A stretch of DNA of 64,000 nucleotides from Eledone cirrhosa (Eukaryota): contig OZ024740.1 in NCBI GenBank assembly GCA_964016885.1, positions 18,910,001-18,974,000 of the forward strand, written 5' to 3'. Position 1 is the first letter of the stretch. Each line of letters begins with the position of its first letter. The notes beneath the pieces were generated by a model. That model did not search any database. It worked only from the letters and a program-made list of their open reading frames with translations, and had not been told where the DNA came from. Positions 37,445 to 52,012 of the stretch are shown here, piece after piece. The translations under genes and the position numbers were made by a program.

Positions 37445-39663
37445 GTCCTCGAGGTAGCCGGTTTCGGGCCCGTTTTCAGGAGTTGGATCGCTGCGATGTA
37501 CAGCGACATCTGCTCAGTTATGAAGGTGAACGGTCACCTGTTGCAGCCGTTCAACATCATGCGCTCGGTCCGCCAGGGTTGTCCCCTCTCGTCCCTCTTG
37601 TACGTATTGGCTCTCGAGCCGTTACTGCACAAACTGGGGGCGATGAAGGGCGTCCCACGCGAACTAGGATGCGGGAAATCCGAGTCGGCTTGCGCCGATG
37701 ACGTCACCGTGGTGGTGTCGAGCACCAGACACGTCCAGATGTTCGGCACCGCTCTCAAGGAATACGAAGCGGTGACAGAAGCAAAGATACACCAGGAAAA
37801 GTCGATGGGCTTGCAGCTTGGCACCTGGAGAGGCAAGTCCATGCCGTCCGACAGCGTCGTGGGGCGTTGGACGGACAGACTGGTTAAATTGCTCGGGGTC
37901 TGGTTCGGACCGGACCTCGAGATGGAGAAAAACTGGAGCAAGGTGACGAGCAGGGTAGCCTCCCTCACCCAGAAATGGGTCGAGAGGAAGCTGTCCCTGA
38001 AAGGCCGAGCGGAGGTGGCGAATGCGTACATCACATCCGTCATCTGCTACCGCCTCACCGTCGTCCCTTGCCTCGGCCCAACGCTCACCAAAATTGAGTG
38101 CCTCCTCTTCCGCTTTTTGCGGAAGGGATGCGCTCCCATGGTCAGACGATCCATCTGCTGTCAACACCCGTTGCGTGGAGGACTGGGAATGCCATTGCTG
38201 ATGATGCGCAAACAGTCGCTGAGGCTGCGACATCTTTGGTGCTTCCTTGACGGTGAACAGGTGTGGTTGCCGTTCGCCAGGCACGAAGGGAAGAAAGGAA
38301 GGGAAGAAAGACGACGTTCTCGGAGAGATCCTGGGCGTCGAAGAAGATCAGCTGTTTGCTTTCTTCCGGAGAACTTTCAGCCCAGGGCCTATGGATAACT
38401 TCCAAAAATCCCTGGCCTGGCAGTGCTACCGGGGAGCGTTGCCGGTTCGAGATAAGCTCTACAGGCACGGAAGTGCCGTCAGCCGAGCCTGTCCGAGATG
38501 CGCGCAGAGCGACGAAACCGTCGTGCACGCACACGTTCAGTGCCCGAGCATTGCTGACTTGTGAAGCTATGTCGAACAGTTGTTGTCGCGTGTAGGACTG
38601 ATCCGGTTATCGACTGAGTCCATTGTGCAGATGGTCTCGCCGTCTTCCTTCGAGGAGGAAGGGCAGGCGGTTTTCATCTGCCTGGTGGCCATGGCGAAAG
38701 AGATTGTCTGGTGGACAAGGTTGAAAGGGTTAAAGACAGACACTTTCCTCTTCGGCGAATCCCTAATTAACTTTTTCAAGTTTCACTTGAAGAGGAAAAT
38801 CAGGGTGGAGAGGCAAGTGCTGCTTTCTAGTAAGTTTGTTGAAAGGTGGGTGAATGTAGCGAAGATTGTCCGAGTGAACGGGACAGCTCTGAATATACGT
38901 CTGTAGTTTGAGAAATGGAAAAATTGAGAGAGGGCGCTTGCCCTGGTGGTCAGGGTGGCTGTGGTCTTTTGGTGGTTTTCGCCACGAGTAACCATCGGAG
39001 GTTTCCCCCCAATTGGGGAATTTTTTCATTGTTTCAATTTTCATTTTTATTGTTTATATATATATATGTTTCTATGTCCTTTTTTTCTTTTTTATATAAA
39101 TAATAAACATATTTACACGCACAAAACCCACATCGTACCGTTCTGTACCGTCCTGTGGCGTCTGTAATGTTTTTCTTGATGTCAGCCCTTGTGGCCAATA
39201 AAGAAATCATTATTATTAGTATTAACTTTTTCAAGTTTCACTTGAAGAGGAAAATCAGGGTGGAGAGGCAAGTGCTGCTTTCTAGCAAGTTTGTTGAAAG
39301 GTGGGTGAATGTAGCGAGAATGGTCCGAGTGAACGGGACCACTCTGAATATACGTCTGTAGTTTGAGAAATGGAAAAATTGAGAGAAGGCGCTTGCCCTG
39401 GTGGTCAGGGTGGCCGTGGTCTTTTGTGTGGTTTTCGCCACGAGTAACCATCGGAGGTTTCACCCCTATTGGGGAATTTTTCATTGTTTCAATTTTCATT
39501 TTTATTGTTTATATATATATATGTTTCTATGTCCTTTTTTTTCTTTTCTTATATAAATAATAAACATATTTACACGCACAAAACCCACATCGTACCGTCC
39601 TGTACCATCCTGTGCCGTCTGTAATGTTTTTCTTGATGTCAGCCCTTGTGGCCAATAAATAAA

Positions 39664-39727
<64 letters not shown>
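37445..39727 (+). mobile_element. 5'-truncated Tx1/L1-like LINE plus a tandem second 3' end
   Basis: RSVRQGCPLS, ACADDVT, CPRCAQ; 38766-39217 repeated at 39221-39727; each ends in AATAAA plus (ATT)n. Confidence 0.9.
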
Positions 39728-39934
39728 GGCGACCTACGTAGTAAATCGTATCATCGTGAGCTCCGCAAAGGTTTGTTATTTCCGTTTGTTAAAAATTGCC
39801 ATTTATGGAAAATTTTATTGTTAACTGTTTATAAGCACACATACATTGTTTTCGGAAAAGGACACCCAAAAAGATTGGGGCCTTGTGCCCAAAATTTTAA
39901 CTTTTATTATTATCCAAAAATTTCTTTGAAAAAA

Positions 39935-41940
39935 ATGGCTAATTTGCCTCTGCACGAAGCAGCTGAAAGCCTTCCTCACAAAATAACACCTCACACCGAC
40001 ACCACCATTGTAAATGTTACTACGTTTGCCAACACAAAAAAAAATATAAGCAGTAGCAATATTTTAAATTTGTCTCAGGCAGACATTCATTTCCCGCCAT
40101 TACCAATGACTGCAGGTGTTAAAGCCTCCACCACCACCACCACCACCGCGACAACCACCACCCCCACCACCACCGCGACAACAGAAACAAAAGAAGAAAA
40201 AATAAATTAACTCGTGATGTCGAAATGAAATCAAGCAAAATGGACTCTTCCGCACCAAAGACGACTGACGTCACCACCACCACAACTGAAACTAAAATTA
40301 ATATTAACACAAATAACGATAGCAACAACAACAACAATAACATTATAAAAACCCCCATCAGTTTCGCCAGAGTAGCAAAACAATTCGAAGCTTTCACGGT
40401 AACTCAGGAAGATTTAGAAAATGCCAAACAAATGGTAAAGAAAGATGGGTACAGGGTCAGCCTCACCCCCCCCCCCACCACCACCTAATAAAATGGAGCA
40501 TCGGCGCCTATGCACCGTGTCGTATAGAACAATAAATGTAAAATCGCGCCGAGTGGAACGGGCATCCGAGTCCCAAATCCAAAAAGCTTTGGGACATGTG
40601 TGGGCAAGAAAAACCCACATCAGACGTGGGCAAAAGTATGGAACCGTGGATGTGTTCTTTGAAACACCAGAGGAGGCTAGAGAACACTCCATGGCCCCAT
40701 TAAAAAGTGACGACTTCACACTCGTCCCAAGCTATTGTGGCCAGAAACTCGTAAAGATCAGGGTGACCCACGTTCCACCGGCCATCCAAATTCCCTGGCT
40801 AATAGCGGCTGTCCTCGCCGGCATCGAAGCCAACACGAAAATAATAGCAATAGCAAAAGAAAAGCAGGAAAACTGGTCCGGATCTGGGATGGAGCTCCTG
40901 ATCCAAGCGGACCAAAAAAGCATTGAGGAGATCCCAGAGGTAATAGACCTCACTGACGGCAGCCACCTCACGGTAATTGTCGAGGGCAGAAGGCCTAGGT
41001 GTGTCGTTTGTGGTGAAGGAACCCACCTAAGGGCTTTCTGCCCTCAGGCTAAAAGGTTGAGGCCACCTCTCCTACCCACCCCAGTGACACAACCATCAAC
41101 ACCACCAGTAGCAGAGATGGCAGCAACAACTGTAGCAGCAACAACAAAAGCAACTATAACAGCAACAACCCCAGCAACAGTAGCAAAACCAACACCACTA
41201 CCACGACCAGCAAAACCAACACCACCACCACCCAACGCTTCAGAACTAGCACCAGCGCCTACACCATCCACCACACCACAACCAAAACTAACGGCTGTGG
41301 AGGATTTTCCACTCCCCGGCCTATCACAACTGGAGACAGATTGTGACGACGAGGAGTGGGAAACGATATCCGGAAAAAAAAAAGAAACCAAAAAAGAAAA
41401 AATTCTCTTCCTTCCCCCTCCAAAAACAAAATACAGAGGGAAACAAATAAATTAAGAAACAAAAAAGTTAGGACAGATATGCCACCATCCACACCAGCAT
41501 CACCAACCCCATCAACCCAAACACCAACACCATCACCATCATTAACCCCAGCACCACCATCACCTACACCACAAAAGTCACCAAAATGCGAAACAGAAAC
41601 AAACCCACAACAAACGCAAACAAAACAAAACAACCAAAACGATACACACTACACAGCATTAAATTTGAACAACAAGCAATTATTACACTACATCCAACAC
41701 AACACCAGCATCACAGAAAAAGACTACACAACAACCCCAAAATTCACACCACCTCCACACATACAAATCACTCGCATCACACAGAAAACGTACATGACAC
41801 TAAAACAAAAATTCCCAAAAGACATCGGAGACTTCCGACAAGCACTCTCCAGGAGGATTTATAAGGACATCCTTCCTGAGGAGGCCACAAGCAGTGAAAA
41901 GGATGGAAAAACCGTCCTTCCCCTACGAGAAGTAAGGTAA
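39935..41940 (+). pseudogene. LINE ORF1 (zinc knuckle, Pro/Thr-rich), frameshifted
   Basis: CVVCGEGTHLRAFC knuckle; similar to ORF1 at 18848; frame breaks at or near A and C homopolymers. Confidence 0.75.
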
Positions 41941-41974
41941 GTGGTCTTTCCCATCTTTTCCACTCCTTTTCAAC

Positions 41975-44900
41975 ATGACCTCACTCAGAATAGGCAGCAT
42001 AAATGCGCGTGGCTTGGGGTCGTCATGGAAGCAGGGCCACCTGCTCAACGACCTCAGGTCACTAAACATAGATGTAGTGGCCATCAGCGAGACCAGAATC
42101 TCCGAAGCACAGGCTTTCGCACCGATCTTCGGCGGCTACGATGTGTACGCATCTCCCAGCCGTCCGGGTTCGGGGGGAGGAGTTGCTGTGCTTTTTCGGA
42201 GAGGTTTGGATCTTGCCATACGGGCCATCTTCCTGGACCCAGAAGGTAAGTTGGTGGTGCTGGACGTGACCAGCGGAGACGGGCAAGCTTTCAGGTTAGT
42301 GGCCGTCTATGCCCCGACAGGAGCAGGGCGGCCTGATTTCTTCCGGCGTCTGGAGACCTTTCTTGGAACGTCCCGCTCTTTAGTGTTAGTGGGCGACTGG
42401 AACGGGATCTTAGATGCACGCTGGGATTGTGTGGGATTAGTGGATAGGGAAGGAGGGTGCAAGAGTCTCACCAACCTGCTCAGACGTTTTGAACTGTCTG
42501 ACAGGTACCGAATGGATTTCCCGAATGTACCAATGTGGACTTGGACAAATCGCATAGGGTCATCCAGATCATATCTAGATAGAGTATTTTGTAGGGAAAT
42601 AGATAGGTCTAGCATAGGCTGTCCACAATTCAAGATAGTCAGCTACACGGACCACAAATTCGTGATATGTGTGCTTGACTTAGATAGGCTTCATAGACGA
42701 GGACCCGGCTACTGGAAGCTAAACGCGTCCTTACCAGCGCGCAAGGCCTACAGAGACCGGATTAGCGAACTAGTTAAGCGGGCGCTGACGGGGGCCATCG
42801 TCAACAACAAGTGGTGGTTTGCTCTGAAAAGAGCAATTAGAATAGAGTCCATTAGGTTTAGTAAGACTTTAGCAATAGAGAAAAATAGAGCAGAGGGAGA
42901 ACTAGTTAGAAAATTAGATGAGGCGCTTAGCAAAAGCATCGCGACCGACGTGCTTGCGGCCAAATTGGCCCTTGACCAATTCTTCAATGCAAAGCACGAA
43001 GGCTGCGTTGTCAGAGCTAGGGTGCGTGCTCTCAGACACGAGGGGACGAAAGCCGTTCAATGGGCCCGAGTGGCGGAGGCGCGTCGTGGCAACAAAGCCA
43101 CGATCCGGTCTTTGGTGGACCACGACGGGCGCATGCTACTCGATCCCGGGCAAATGTGTGAAGCTTTTCAGCGACACTTCGCTCAACTGTTCGGGGGCAG
43201 CGGCGGGCCGGATCGAGGGATGGACTTTAGTGTCTACCTCGACGGACTGCCGCGGCTTTCGGCCACTGAGGCGGAGTGTTGCGAAAAGCCGATAACAACC
43301 TCTGAAGTACGGGATGCAATGACTAGTTGCACAAGGGGTAAATCGCCTGGTTTGGATGGTCTGCCCTATGAACTTTACGTACAAATGCCAAACTTGTTCG
43401 GAGGCCTCTTGGCGGACGTCTACTGCAACTGGCAACAGAACGGGAGAATTCCCAGCTCTGTGAGCCGAGGAGCGGTGGCGCTGCTGAGAAAGGATCCGAA
43501 CAAGGGGGATAACATAGATAATTTTAGGCCCATAACTCTGCTAAACACAGAGTTCAAGATTTTGGCCAAGGTGCTAGCAAAGAGGTTGGCGCTTGTCGTT
43601 GGTGGTCTGGTGGGAGAGGCATAGACATGCGCCATTCCCGACAGATCCATCCACGACAACCTCCACCTCATGCGATACATCGTAGAGAGGGTAGCTAGGG
43701 AACCTGGCAAGGGTGGGTCTTTGATCAATTTAGATCAATCGAAAGCCTTCGATAGGGTCGACCATCGTTACCTAGCGGCAGTCCTGAGGGCGGCTGGCTT
43801 TGGGCCCGTCTTCAGAGGCTGGATCGCTGCCATGCACAGCGACATCTGCTCTGTAGTGAGAGTGAACGGTCACCTTTCGGAACCGTTCAACATCATGCGC
43901 TCGGTCCGCCAAGGATGTCCCCTCTCGTCCCTATTGTACGTATTGACTCTCGAGCCATTACTGCACAAACTGGAGACGTTGAGGGGGGGTCCCGCGCGAA
44001 CTAGGATGCGGAAGATCCGTGTCAGCATATGCCGACGATGTCACCGTAGTGGTGTCGAACGCCAAACACATCGAGGCGATCGGCACTACACTAAGAGAAT
44101 ACGAAGCGGTGACAGGAGCAATGATCAACCAGGAAAAGTCAGTGGGCCTGCAGCTCGGCACCTGGAGAGGCAGGTCCATGCCGTCCAACAGCGTCGTCGG
44201 GCGCTGGACGGACGGACCGGTTAAATTGCTAGGGGTCTGGTTCGGTCCAGACCTCCAGACGAACAAAAACTGGGACGAGGTGACGAGCAGGGTGGCTTCT
44301 CTCACCCAGAAATGGGCCGAGAGGAAGCTATCCCTGAAAGGTCGAGCGGAGGTGGCGAATGCGTACATCGCATCCGTCATCTACTACCGCCTGACCGTCG
44401 TACCTTGTCCTAAGCCCCGCCTGACTGCGCTGGAGCGTTTGCTCTTTCGCTTCTTGTGGAAGGGACGCGCTCCGATGGTCAGGCGGTCCATCTGCTGTCA
44501 ACACCCGCTACGTGGAGGGCTGGGCATGCCGTGGCTGATGATGCGCAGACACGCGCTCAGGCTACGACATCTCCACCTCTTCCTCGACGGTGATCAGGTG
44601 TGGTCGCCGTTTGCAAGACACGTTTTTCCCCAGCTCGTCTCCTTGACGGAGCTGCAGTCCTGGGTCAAGCGAAGACCGAGAGGGAGCGCTTGGAGACTGG
44701 AATGTCTTCAGGCGCTCACAGCCCTCGACCAATCGGGCAATGTGATCGGTGGAAACTCCACCTTGGCGTTCTATAGGGGATTAGTGGAGGGGAAGAGCGA
44801 CGACGTACTTGGAGAAACTCTAGGCGTCGACGAAAATCAACTGGCCAATCTCTTCGGAAGGACTTTCGGGCCGGGGCCTATGGACAACTTCCAGAAATCC

Positions 44901-45395
44901 CTGGCCTGGCAGTGCTACCGAGGAGCTTTGCCAGTTCGGGATAAACTCTACAGGCATGGAGGTGCCGTCAGCCGGGCATGTCCGAGATGCGCGCAGGGCG
45001 ACGAAACCGTTCTGCACGCACTCGTCCAGTGTCCGAGCATTGCTGACTTGTGGGTTTATGTCGAACACCTGCTGTCACGTGTAGGATCTATCCGGCTATC
45101 AGCTGAGTCCATCGTGAGGATTGCCCCGCCCCCTTCCTTTAGCCTGGAAGGGCAGGCAATTTTTATCTGTCTGGTGGCCATGGCGAAAGAGATAGTATGG
45201 TGGACACGTTTGAAAGGGCTGAAGACGAGCACTTACCTCTTCGGTGATGCCCTGATTAACTTTTTCAAATTTCATTTGAAAAGGAAAATCAGGGTAGAGA
45301 GTGAAGTGCTCTCTTCCCAGCATTTTGTTGAAAGATGGGTGAGAGAAGCAAGTATGGCCCGAATGAATGGGCCTTCTCTGAGTATGTGTCTGTAA
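41975..45395 (+). pseudogene. LINE ORF2 (APE + RT + CCHC) with one stop and one frameshift
   Basis: GSINARGL, GDWN, YLDR, TDH, KSPGLDGL, FRPITLLN, LDQSKAFDRVDH, VRQGCPLS, YADD, CPRC..H...C; TAG at 43622, G-run frameshift near 43985. Confidence 0.9.
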
Positions 45396-45637
45396 ATTAA
45401 AGGTGGAAAACTGGGAGAGGGCACTTGCCCTGGTGGTCAGGGCCACTGTGGTCTTTTAATGGGCTTTCTCCACAAATGTCCCTCGGAAGTCTCCCCCCTA
45501 TTGGGGAATTTTTCTTTGTTATTTTATTTCAACCTCTGTTTTTTTACACGCAGAAATGCCCATTTGTACCGTCCTGTATTGTCCTGTACTGTCCTTAATG
45601 TCTACTTTATGTGAACCCTTGTGGTTAATAAAGAAAA

Positions 45638-45686
<49 letters not shown>

Positions 45687-45699
45687 GTTGTTGTTATTT

Positions 45700-45945
45700 C
45701 TCTTTGAGTCTCAGTCATTGATGTTAGTTAACTGGAAAGTTTGTTGAGATGAATATCAAGCCACTACCTGCAGCCTCAGATATTCAGGACGTATCGGAGG
45801 GTTCTTGCTGTTCCCAGCAATCATGCCTTTTGAAGCGTTCCAAAAGGCGTGAAGGGGCCAATTTTCTTTAACCATCCCTGGAAACTTTTTGAGATAGTCC
45901 CTAGTGCGCCTATGACAATCGGGATCACTTTGACTTCATGGAGAT
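45700..45945 (-). pseudogene. R4-like element 3' end, tail-to-tail with the Tx1 tail
   Basis: Minus translation VIPIVIGALGTISK..LLGTARTLRYVL. Confidence 0.55.
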
Positions 45946-46577
45946 CTCGGTTTGACAATCGCCACCGACGAATGCGAGAAAGTTCTCCAGGAAAGTTAAC
46001 CAGGAATATTAAAAAATTTTCCCACCGAAGTTAACAAAGAACTTACTAGATCTACCAACTTATAATATTATAATATTATAAAATTAAATCAAATCGGCGG
46101 GATTTGAACTCAGATCATAAAGAGCCGTAACTCCATGCTGCAAAGCATGGTGTCCGACGCTCTACCGCTACTACCAATCCACCGATGAAATAATAAAAGG
46201 AATTGGGACAGTGATCAGTATAATCAATACACACTCCTTCACACCAAACATTCTGTCTTAGTAAAGTATCGATATTGAAATAGATTTCTGGAACTTACCA
46301 AAATCAGCAGATTGGTTCGGATGAAATTGTTCCTCTTTTGCAGGTGTAAAAATTCAGAGACACAAATGACAGATATATGTATATACACCTTTATCTATAT
46401 ACCTATATATATATATATAAACCTATATATATATACGTCTATATATATATATATATTATATTTATATATATGCAGGTGTTGAATTGAATAAAATGATGCT
46501 AAAACTTCAATCTGTAGAAGGTTGTTTGACAATGAGAATAAAATCTTGTCAGAATTATTTTAAATATATAGCGAAAT

Positions 46578-47238
46578 ATGGTGTGGTGTAGTGTGGTGTT
46601 ATGTGGTGTGGTGTGGTGTAGTGTAGTGTGGTGTGGTGTGGCGTGGCGTGGTGTGGTGTGATGTGGTGTAATGTGGTGTGGTGTGGTGTGGTGTCGTGTG
46701 GCGTGGTGTGATGTGGTGTGGTGTAATGTGGTGTGGTGTGGTGTGGCGCGGTGTGGTGTGGTGTAGTGTGATGTAGTGTGGTGTGGTGTGGCGTGGTGTG
46801 GTGTGGTGTGGTGTGGTGTGGTGTGGTGTGGGGTGGGGTGGTGTGGTGTGGGGTGGTGTAGTGTGGTGTGGCGTGGTGTGGTGTGGTGTGGTGTGATGTG
46901 GTGTAATGTGGTGTGGTGTAGTGTAGTGTGGTGTGGTGTGGCGTGGCGTGGTGTGTTGTGATGTGGTGTAATGTGGTGTGGTGTGGTGTGGTGTGGTGTC
47001 GTGTGGCGTGGTGTGGTGTGGTGTGGTGTAATGTGGTGTGGTGTGGCGCGGTGTGGTGTGGTGTAGTGTGATGTAGTGTGGTGTGGTGTGGCGTGGTGTG
47101 GTGTGGTGTGGTGTGGTGTGGTGTGGTGTGGTGTGGTGTGGTGTGGTGTGGTGTGGGTGGTGTAGTGTGGTGTGGCGTGGTGTGGTGTGGCGTGGTGTGG
47201 TGTAGTGTGGTGTGGTGTGATGTAGTGTGGTGTGGGTG
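46578..47238. repeat. (GGTGT)n pentanucleotide satellite
   Basis: Direct inspection; internal duplication with period about 300 bp. Confidence 0.95.
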
Positions 47239-47655
47239 TGTTCAGAGGTGGTATGAAGAAAAAAAGCAATTAACTCCACGCACACACACACGCACACACA
47301 TATATATATATATACTATAAAGAATGTCCATAGAATCATTTGATAAGATATATACACCATTTCCTCTCCCAATTAGCATAATCAACCACACAATATATAT
47401 ATATATATATATATAACAAAGGAAATGTGGTAAGGAACCAGATGGACCATAACGCACCAGAGTACTCAATACTTAGGGTATTAGAGTGGGTAATAGGAAA
47501 AAGTATGACCCCGACGGCAGAGCTCAAGCCGTTTCGACGGCTATTTCTGGACTGTATATATGTATGTGTATATATATACACACACAGACATACACACACA
47601 TAACATTGACCATACGGAATAACCAGTTCTATCCTGTGGTGAACCAACAAACCTA

Positions 47656-47695
<40 letters not shown>

Positions 47696-47755
47696 CACAC
47701 ACATACACTCACAGATATATATATATACACACACATACATATATACATATACATT

Positions 47756-47792
<37 letters not shown>

Positions 47793-47795
<3 letters not shown>

Positions 47796-48020
47796 CATAC
47801 ATAGATACATGTGTATATATGTGTGTTCGTGCGAATCTCTCGGTGTACCATAACTGTCATGGTGGTAGGGGTGTGGGGATTCTTTAATGTCATATAGCTG
47901 GGAGAAGGGGGGAGGGAAATAAAAGATAGAAGGAGAAGGGTGAGGAAGAGGTTGCGATAAAAAGATTAGATAATTGTCGTAGAATATTTTAATATGTATA
48001 TGTAATTACGTTTTGCCTGG

Positions 48021-48051
<31 letters not shown>

Positions 48052-48946
48052 CTTAGAGTTTAGACTCAAAGAGGTCATTTACAATCATTTCAGCTCTAGG
48101 AATCGCTTCTGAGCAGTATAAATTAATATTTGATGAACATTTACATGTTATAGTTGCAATTGACTAATAAGATCGCTAGAGTGAAAAATCTTAATTCAAC
48201 AACATAAGGTCTGCCTGTACGATCTAGAAAATAATAAATCAATACTCACAGACTCATATGGGCAAAAAGCCTTGGTACTTAGACACGTTTAAAATTCAAA
48301 ATACAAACTTTTTCCGCAGATCGGTCAGAACTTCAAACTTCAAACATGTTTCACAAAGGATGGTATAATAGTAAAATAATTAACTAATTAGCAGTGAGTT
48401 AATCAACTTTTTCTGTGTTTATCAATAGGTACCCAGATAAAAATAAAATAACTCAACCTCAGAAAAATATCTCAGGTCTGGTTAGCGTAGCGAAAATACA
48501 CGAGGTTTTGCACACGGCTTATTCCAGTCCTCTAACGTCCCACACATAGTGCTAGAAATAACAGCCGTTTATATGGGATTACAAAATTCAGCTCACCTGG
48601 GGGAGCAGTGATAAATAGCTTAGAGTTTAGACTCAAAGAGGTCATTTACAATCATTTCAGCTCTAGGAATCGCTTCTGAGCAGTATAAATTAATATTTGA
48701 TGAACATTTACGTGTCTAGGTACCAAGGCTTTTTGCCCATATGAGTCTGTGAGTATTGATTTATTATTTTCTAGATCGTACAGGCAGACCTTATGTTGTT
48801 GAATTAAGATTTTTCACTCTAGCGATCTTATTAGTCAATTGCAACTATAACATGTAAATGTTCATCAAATATTAATTTATACTGCTCAGAAGCGATTCCT
48901 AGAGCTGAAATGATTGTAAATGACCTCTTTGAGTCTAAACTCTAAG

Positions 48947-48995
<49 letters not shown>

Positions 48996-49226
48996 AGGCA
49001 AAACGTAATTACATATACATATTAAAATATTCTACGACAATTATCTAATCTTTTTATCGCAACCTCTTCCTCACCATTCTCCTTCTATCTTTTATCTCCC
49101 TCCCCCCTTCTCCCAGCTATATGACATTAAAGAATCCCCACACCCCTACCACCATGACAGTTATGGTACACCGAGAGATTCGCACGAACACACATATATA
49201 CACATGTATCTATGTATGTATGTGTA
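47793..49226. repeat. Large inverted repeat (arms about 500 bp) enclosing a 567-bp partial tandem unit
   Basis: 47793-48288 is the reverse complement of 48712-49226; ATAAATAGCTTAGAG at 48044 and 48611. Confidence 0.85.
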
Positions 49227-49308
49227 TATATATATATCGGGTTGAATCAGAGGTAACCACAGTAAGGTACTCAATACATAGCAGACTATAAATGTTTTAG
49301 TATAGAAG

Positions 49309-49356
49309 AGCTTCTACAGGACTAGAATTGTTTCATTCGTGAGAAATCATCAGGAA
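49309..49356 (-). ncRNA. Family-A hammerhead with stem I truncated by (TA)n
   Basis: Minus strand TTC-CTGATGA-TTTCTCACGAAT-GAAA-CAATTCTAGTCCTG-TA-GAAGCT. Confidence 0.65.
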
Positions 49357-49412
49357 TATATATATATATTTATATATATGTATATATACCAGACAATATA
49401 TGAAGATATATG

Positions 49413-49490
<78 letters not shown>

Positions 49491-49528
49491 CATATATTGG
49501 ACTTGTGTAAATCCTTGAAAGGTTTATT

Positions 49529-49586
49529 ATACTATGATCATTTCAATGACCGGGTTCCGTATGAATCCGGTGATATCATCAGGTAT
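49529..49586 (-). ncRNA. Type I hammerhead ribozyme with extended stem I
   Basis: Minus strand ATAC-CTGATGA-..ACCGGATTC(ATACG)GAACCCGGT..-GAAA-TGATCA-TA-GTAT; outer helix GGACTTGTGTA.ATCCTTG/CAAGGAT.TACACAAGTCC. Confidence 0.75.
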
Positions 49587-49781
49587 TCGAAATATATCAC
49601 AAGGATATACACAAGTCCAGCCTCCTGTTATTTTATTATAATAATTAACTCCGTATTCGCACCACCAACTACACAAACGAAGACGGGTGAGCTGCACTAC
49701 GTTGAGTACTCTCCATAATATTACATCGAGATTGACCATACGGAATGACCAATTCTATCCAGTGGTGAACCAACAAACCTA

Positions 49782-49861
<80 letters not shown>

Positions 49862-50031
49862 GTATATATATATATGTATATATATGTTTTGCAAGGTTTT
49901 TGATATGATCTGTTATTATTTCTGGCAATATTATAAACATATGACTCTTCCCAAATATATATATTGTTTAATATCTATTAATATATTGAATACCTTACTA
50001 AGTATGATTACTCTCGATTAAACACGGGACT

Positions 50032-50065
<34 letters not shown>

Positions 50066-50078
50066 CACATATATATAC

Positions 50079-50157
<79 letters not shown>

Positions 50158-50250
50158 ACAGACGTAAAATAAGAAAATCTTTAACAAATTTTTTTTTAAA
50201 ATATGAGTCCCCGGTGTCCGCGCATTGCCTGGAGACTTAGCTGAGAATAG

Positions 50251-50332
50251 ACTCCCTGATGACGCAATGAATTCTCGACAGTTAGATTACGTAACTGTCT
50301 TTATCCCATTGCAGAAACTAATTAGTTGGAGT
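50251..50332 (+). ncRNA. Hammerhead ribozyme with canonical core and branched stem II
   Basis: ACTCC-CTGATGA-C.GCAATG..(GACAGTTA/TAACTGTC)..CATTGC.A-GAAA-CTAATTAG-TT-GGAGT. Confidence 0.85.
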
Positions 50333-50804
50333 GAAAATTTAAGTAAGTAAGTTAAAATTTAAAAAAAAAATTTTTTTTTTAAGATCTTATTTTACGTCTG
50401 TTATATTATTGTTCGGCATCCTCCTGCATTGAACCCCCTAGGTACTATGACATAACCTGTGTATTTGCTGGCATTAGCGTACATCTGTGCGCTTATGTTA
50501 GTAGATATATTAAATTATCTATATTTATCTCCAAATCACTGATTTGTCGAGCAAACCTGCCAAAACCACTTCTAAATTTTTTTGGGGGGTGTTAGTAGGC
50601 GTCTGTCATCTTACCATCCCATTCCTACTGACTAGCCTCTGTGTCACGTGATTGATTCTTTAGAATCGGCCATCTGACCAGAGGCAGCGAGGATTTCAGT
50701 GCATGGAATTCAGTCCCCGCTAGCTGTTCCATCTACTGAATTATTATTATTTTTATATGAGTCCCCGGTGTCCGCGCATTGCCTGGAGACTTAGCTGAGA
50801 ATAG

Positions 50805-50886
50805 ACTCCCTGATGACGCAATGAATTCTCGACAGTTAGATTACGTAACTGTCTTTATCCCATTGCAGAAACTAATTAGTTGGAGT
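50805..50886 (+). ncRNA. Hammerhead ribozyme (second copy in the 554-bp array)
   Basis: Same sequence as 50251-50332. Confidence 0.85.
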
Positions 50887-51071
50887 GAAAATTTAAGTAA
50901 GTTAAAATTAAAAAAAAAATTTTTTTTTAAAGATTTTCTTATTTTACGTCTGTTATATTATTGTTCTGCATCCTCCTGCATTGAACCACCTAGGTACTAT
51001 GACATAACCTGTGTATTTGCTGGCATTAGTGTACATCTGTGCGCTTATGTTAGTAGATATATATATATATA

Positions 51072-51908
<837 letters not shown>

Positions 51909-51979
51909 AATGTATTGAGTACCTTACTTGCTGTGTTTACTCCCGATTGAACCCGGGATAAACTTATATATATACATAC

Positions 51980-52012
<33 letters not shown>

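Larger units (their letters stand above)
39728..45690 (+). mobile_element. Near full-length Tx1/L1-like LINE between two (ATT)n tracts
   Basis: 5' UTR, ORF1 39935-41940, ORF2 41975-45395, 3' UTR, AATAAA, (ATT)n. Confidence 0.92.
50201..51061 (+). mobile_element. 554-bp non-coding partial tandem repeat (1.55 copies) with two HHRs
   Basis: ATATGAGTCCCCGGTG at 50201 and 50755; short inverted piece at 50156-50200; flanked by (TA)n. Confidence 0.85.
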
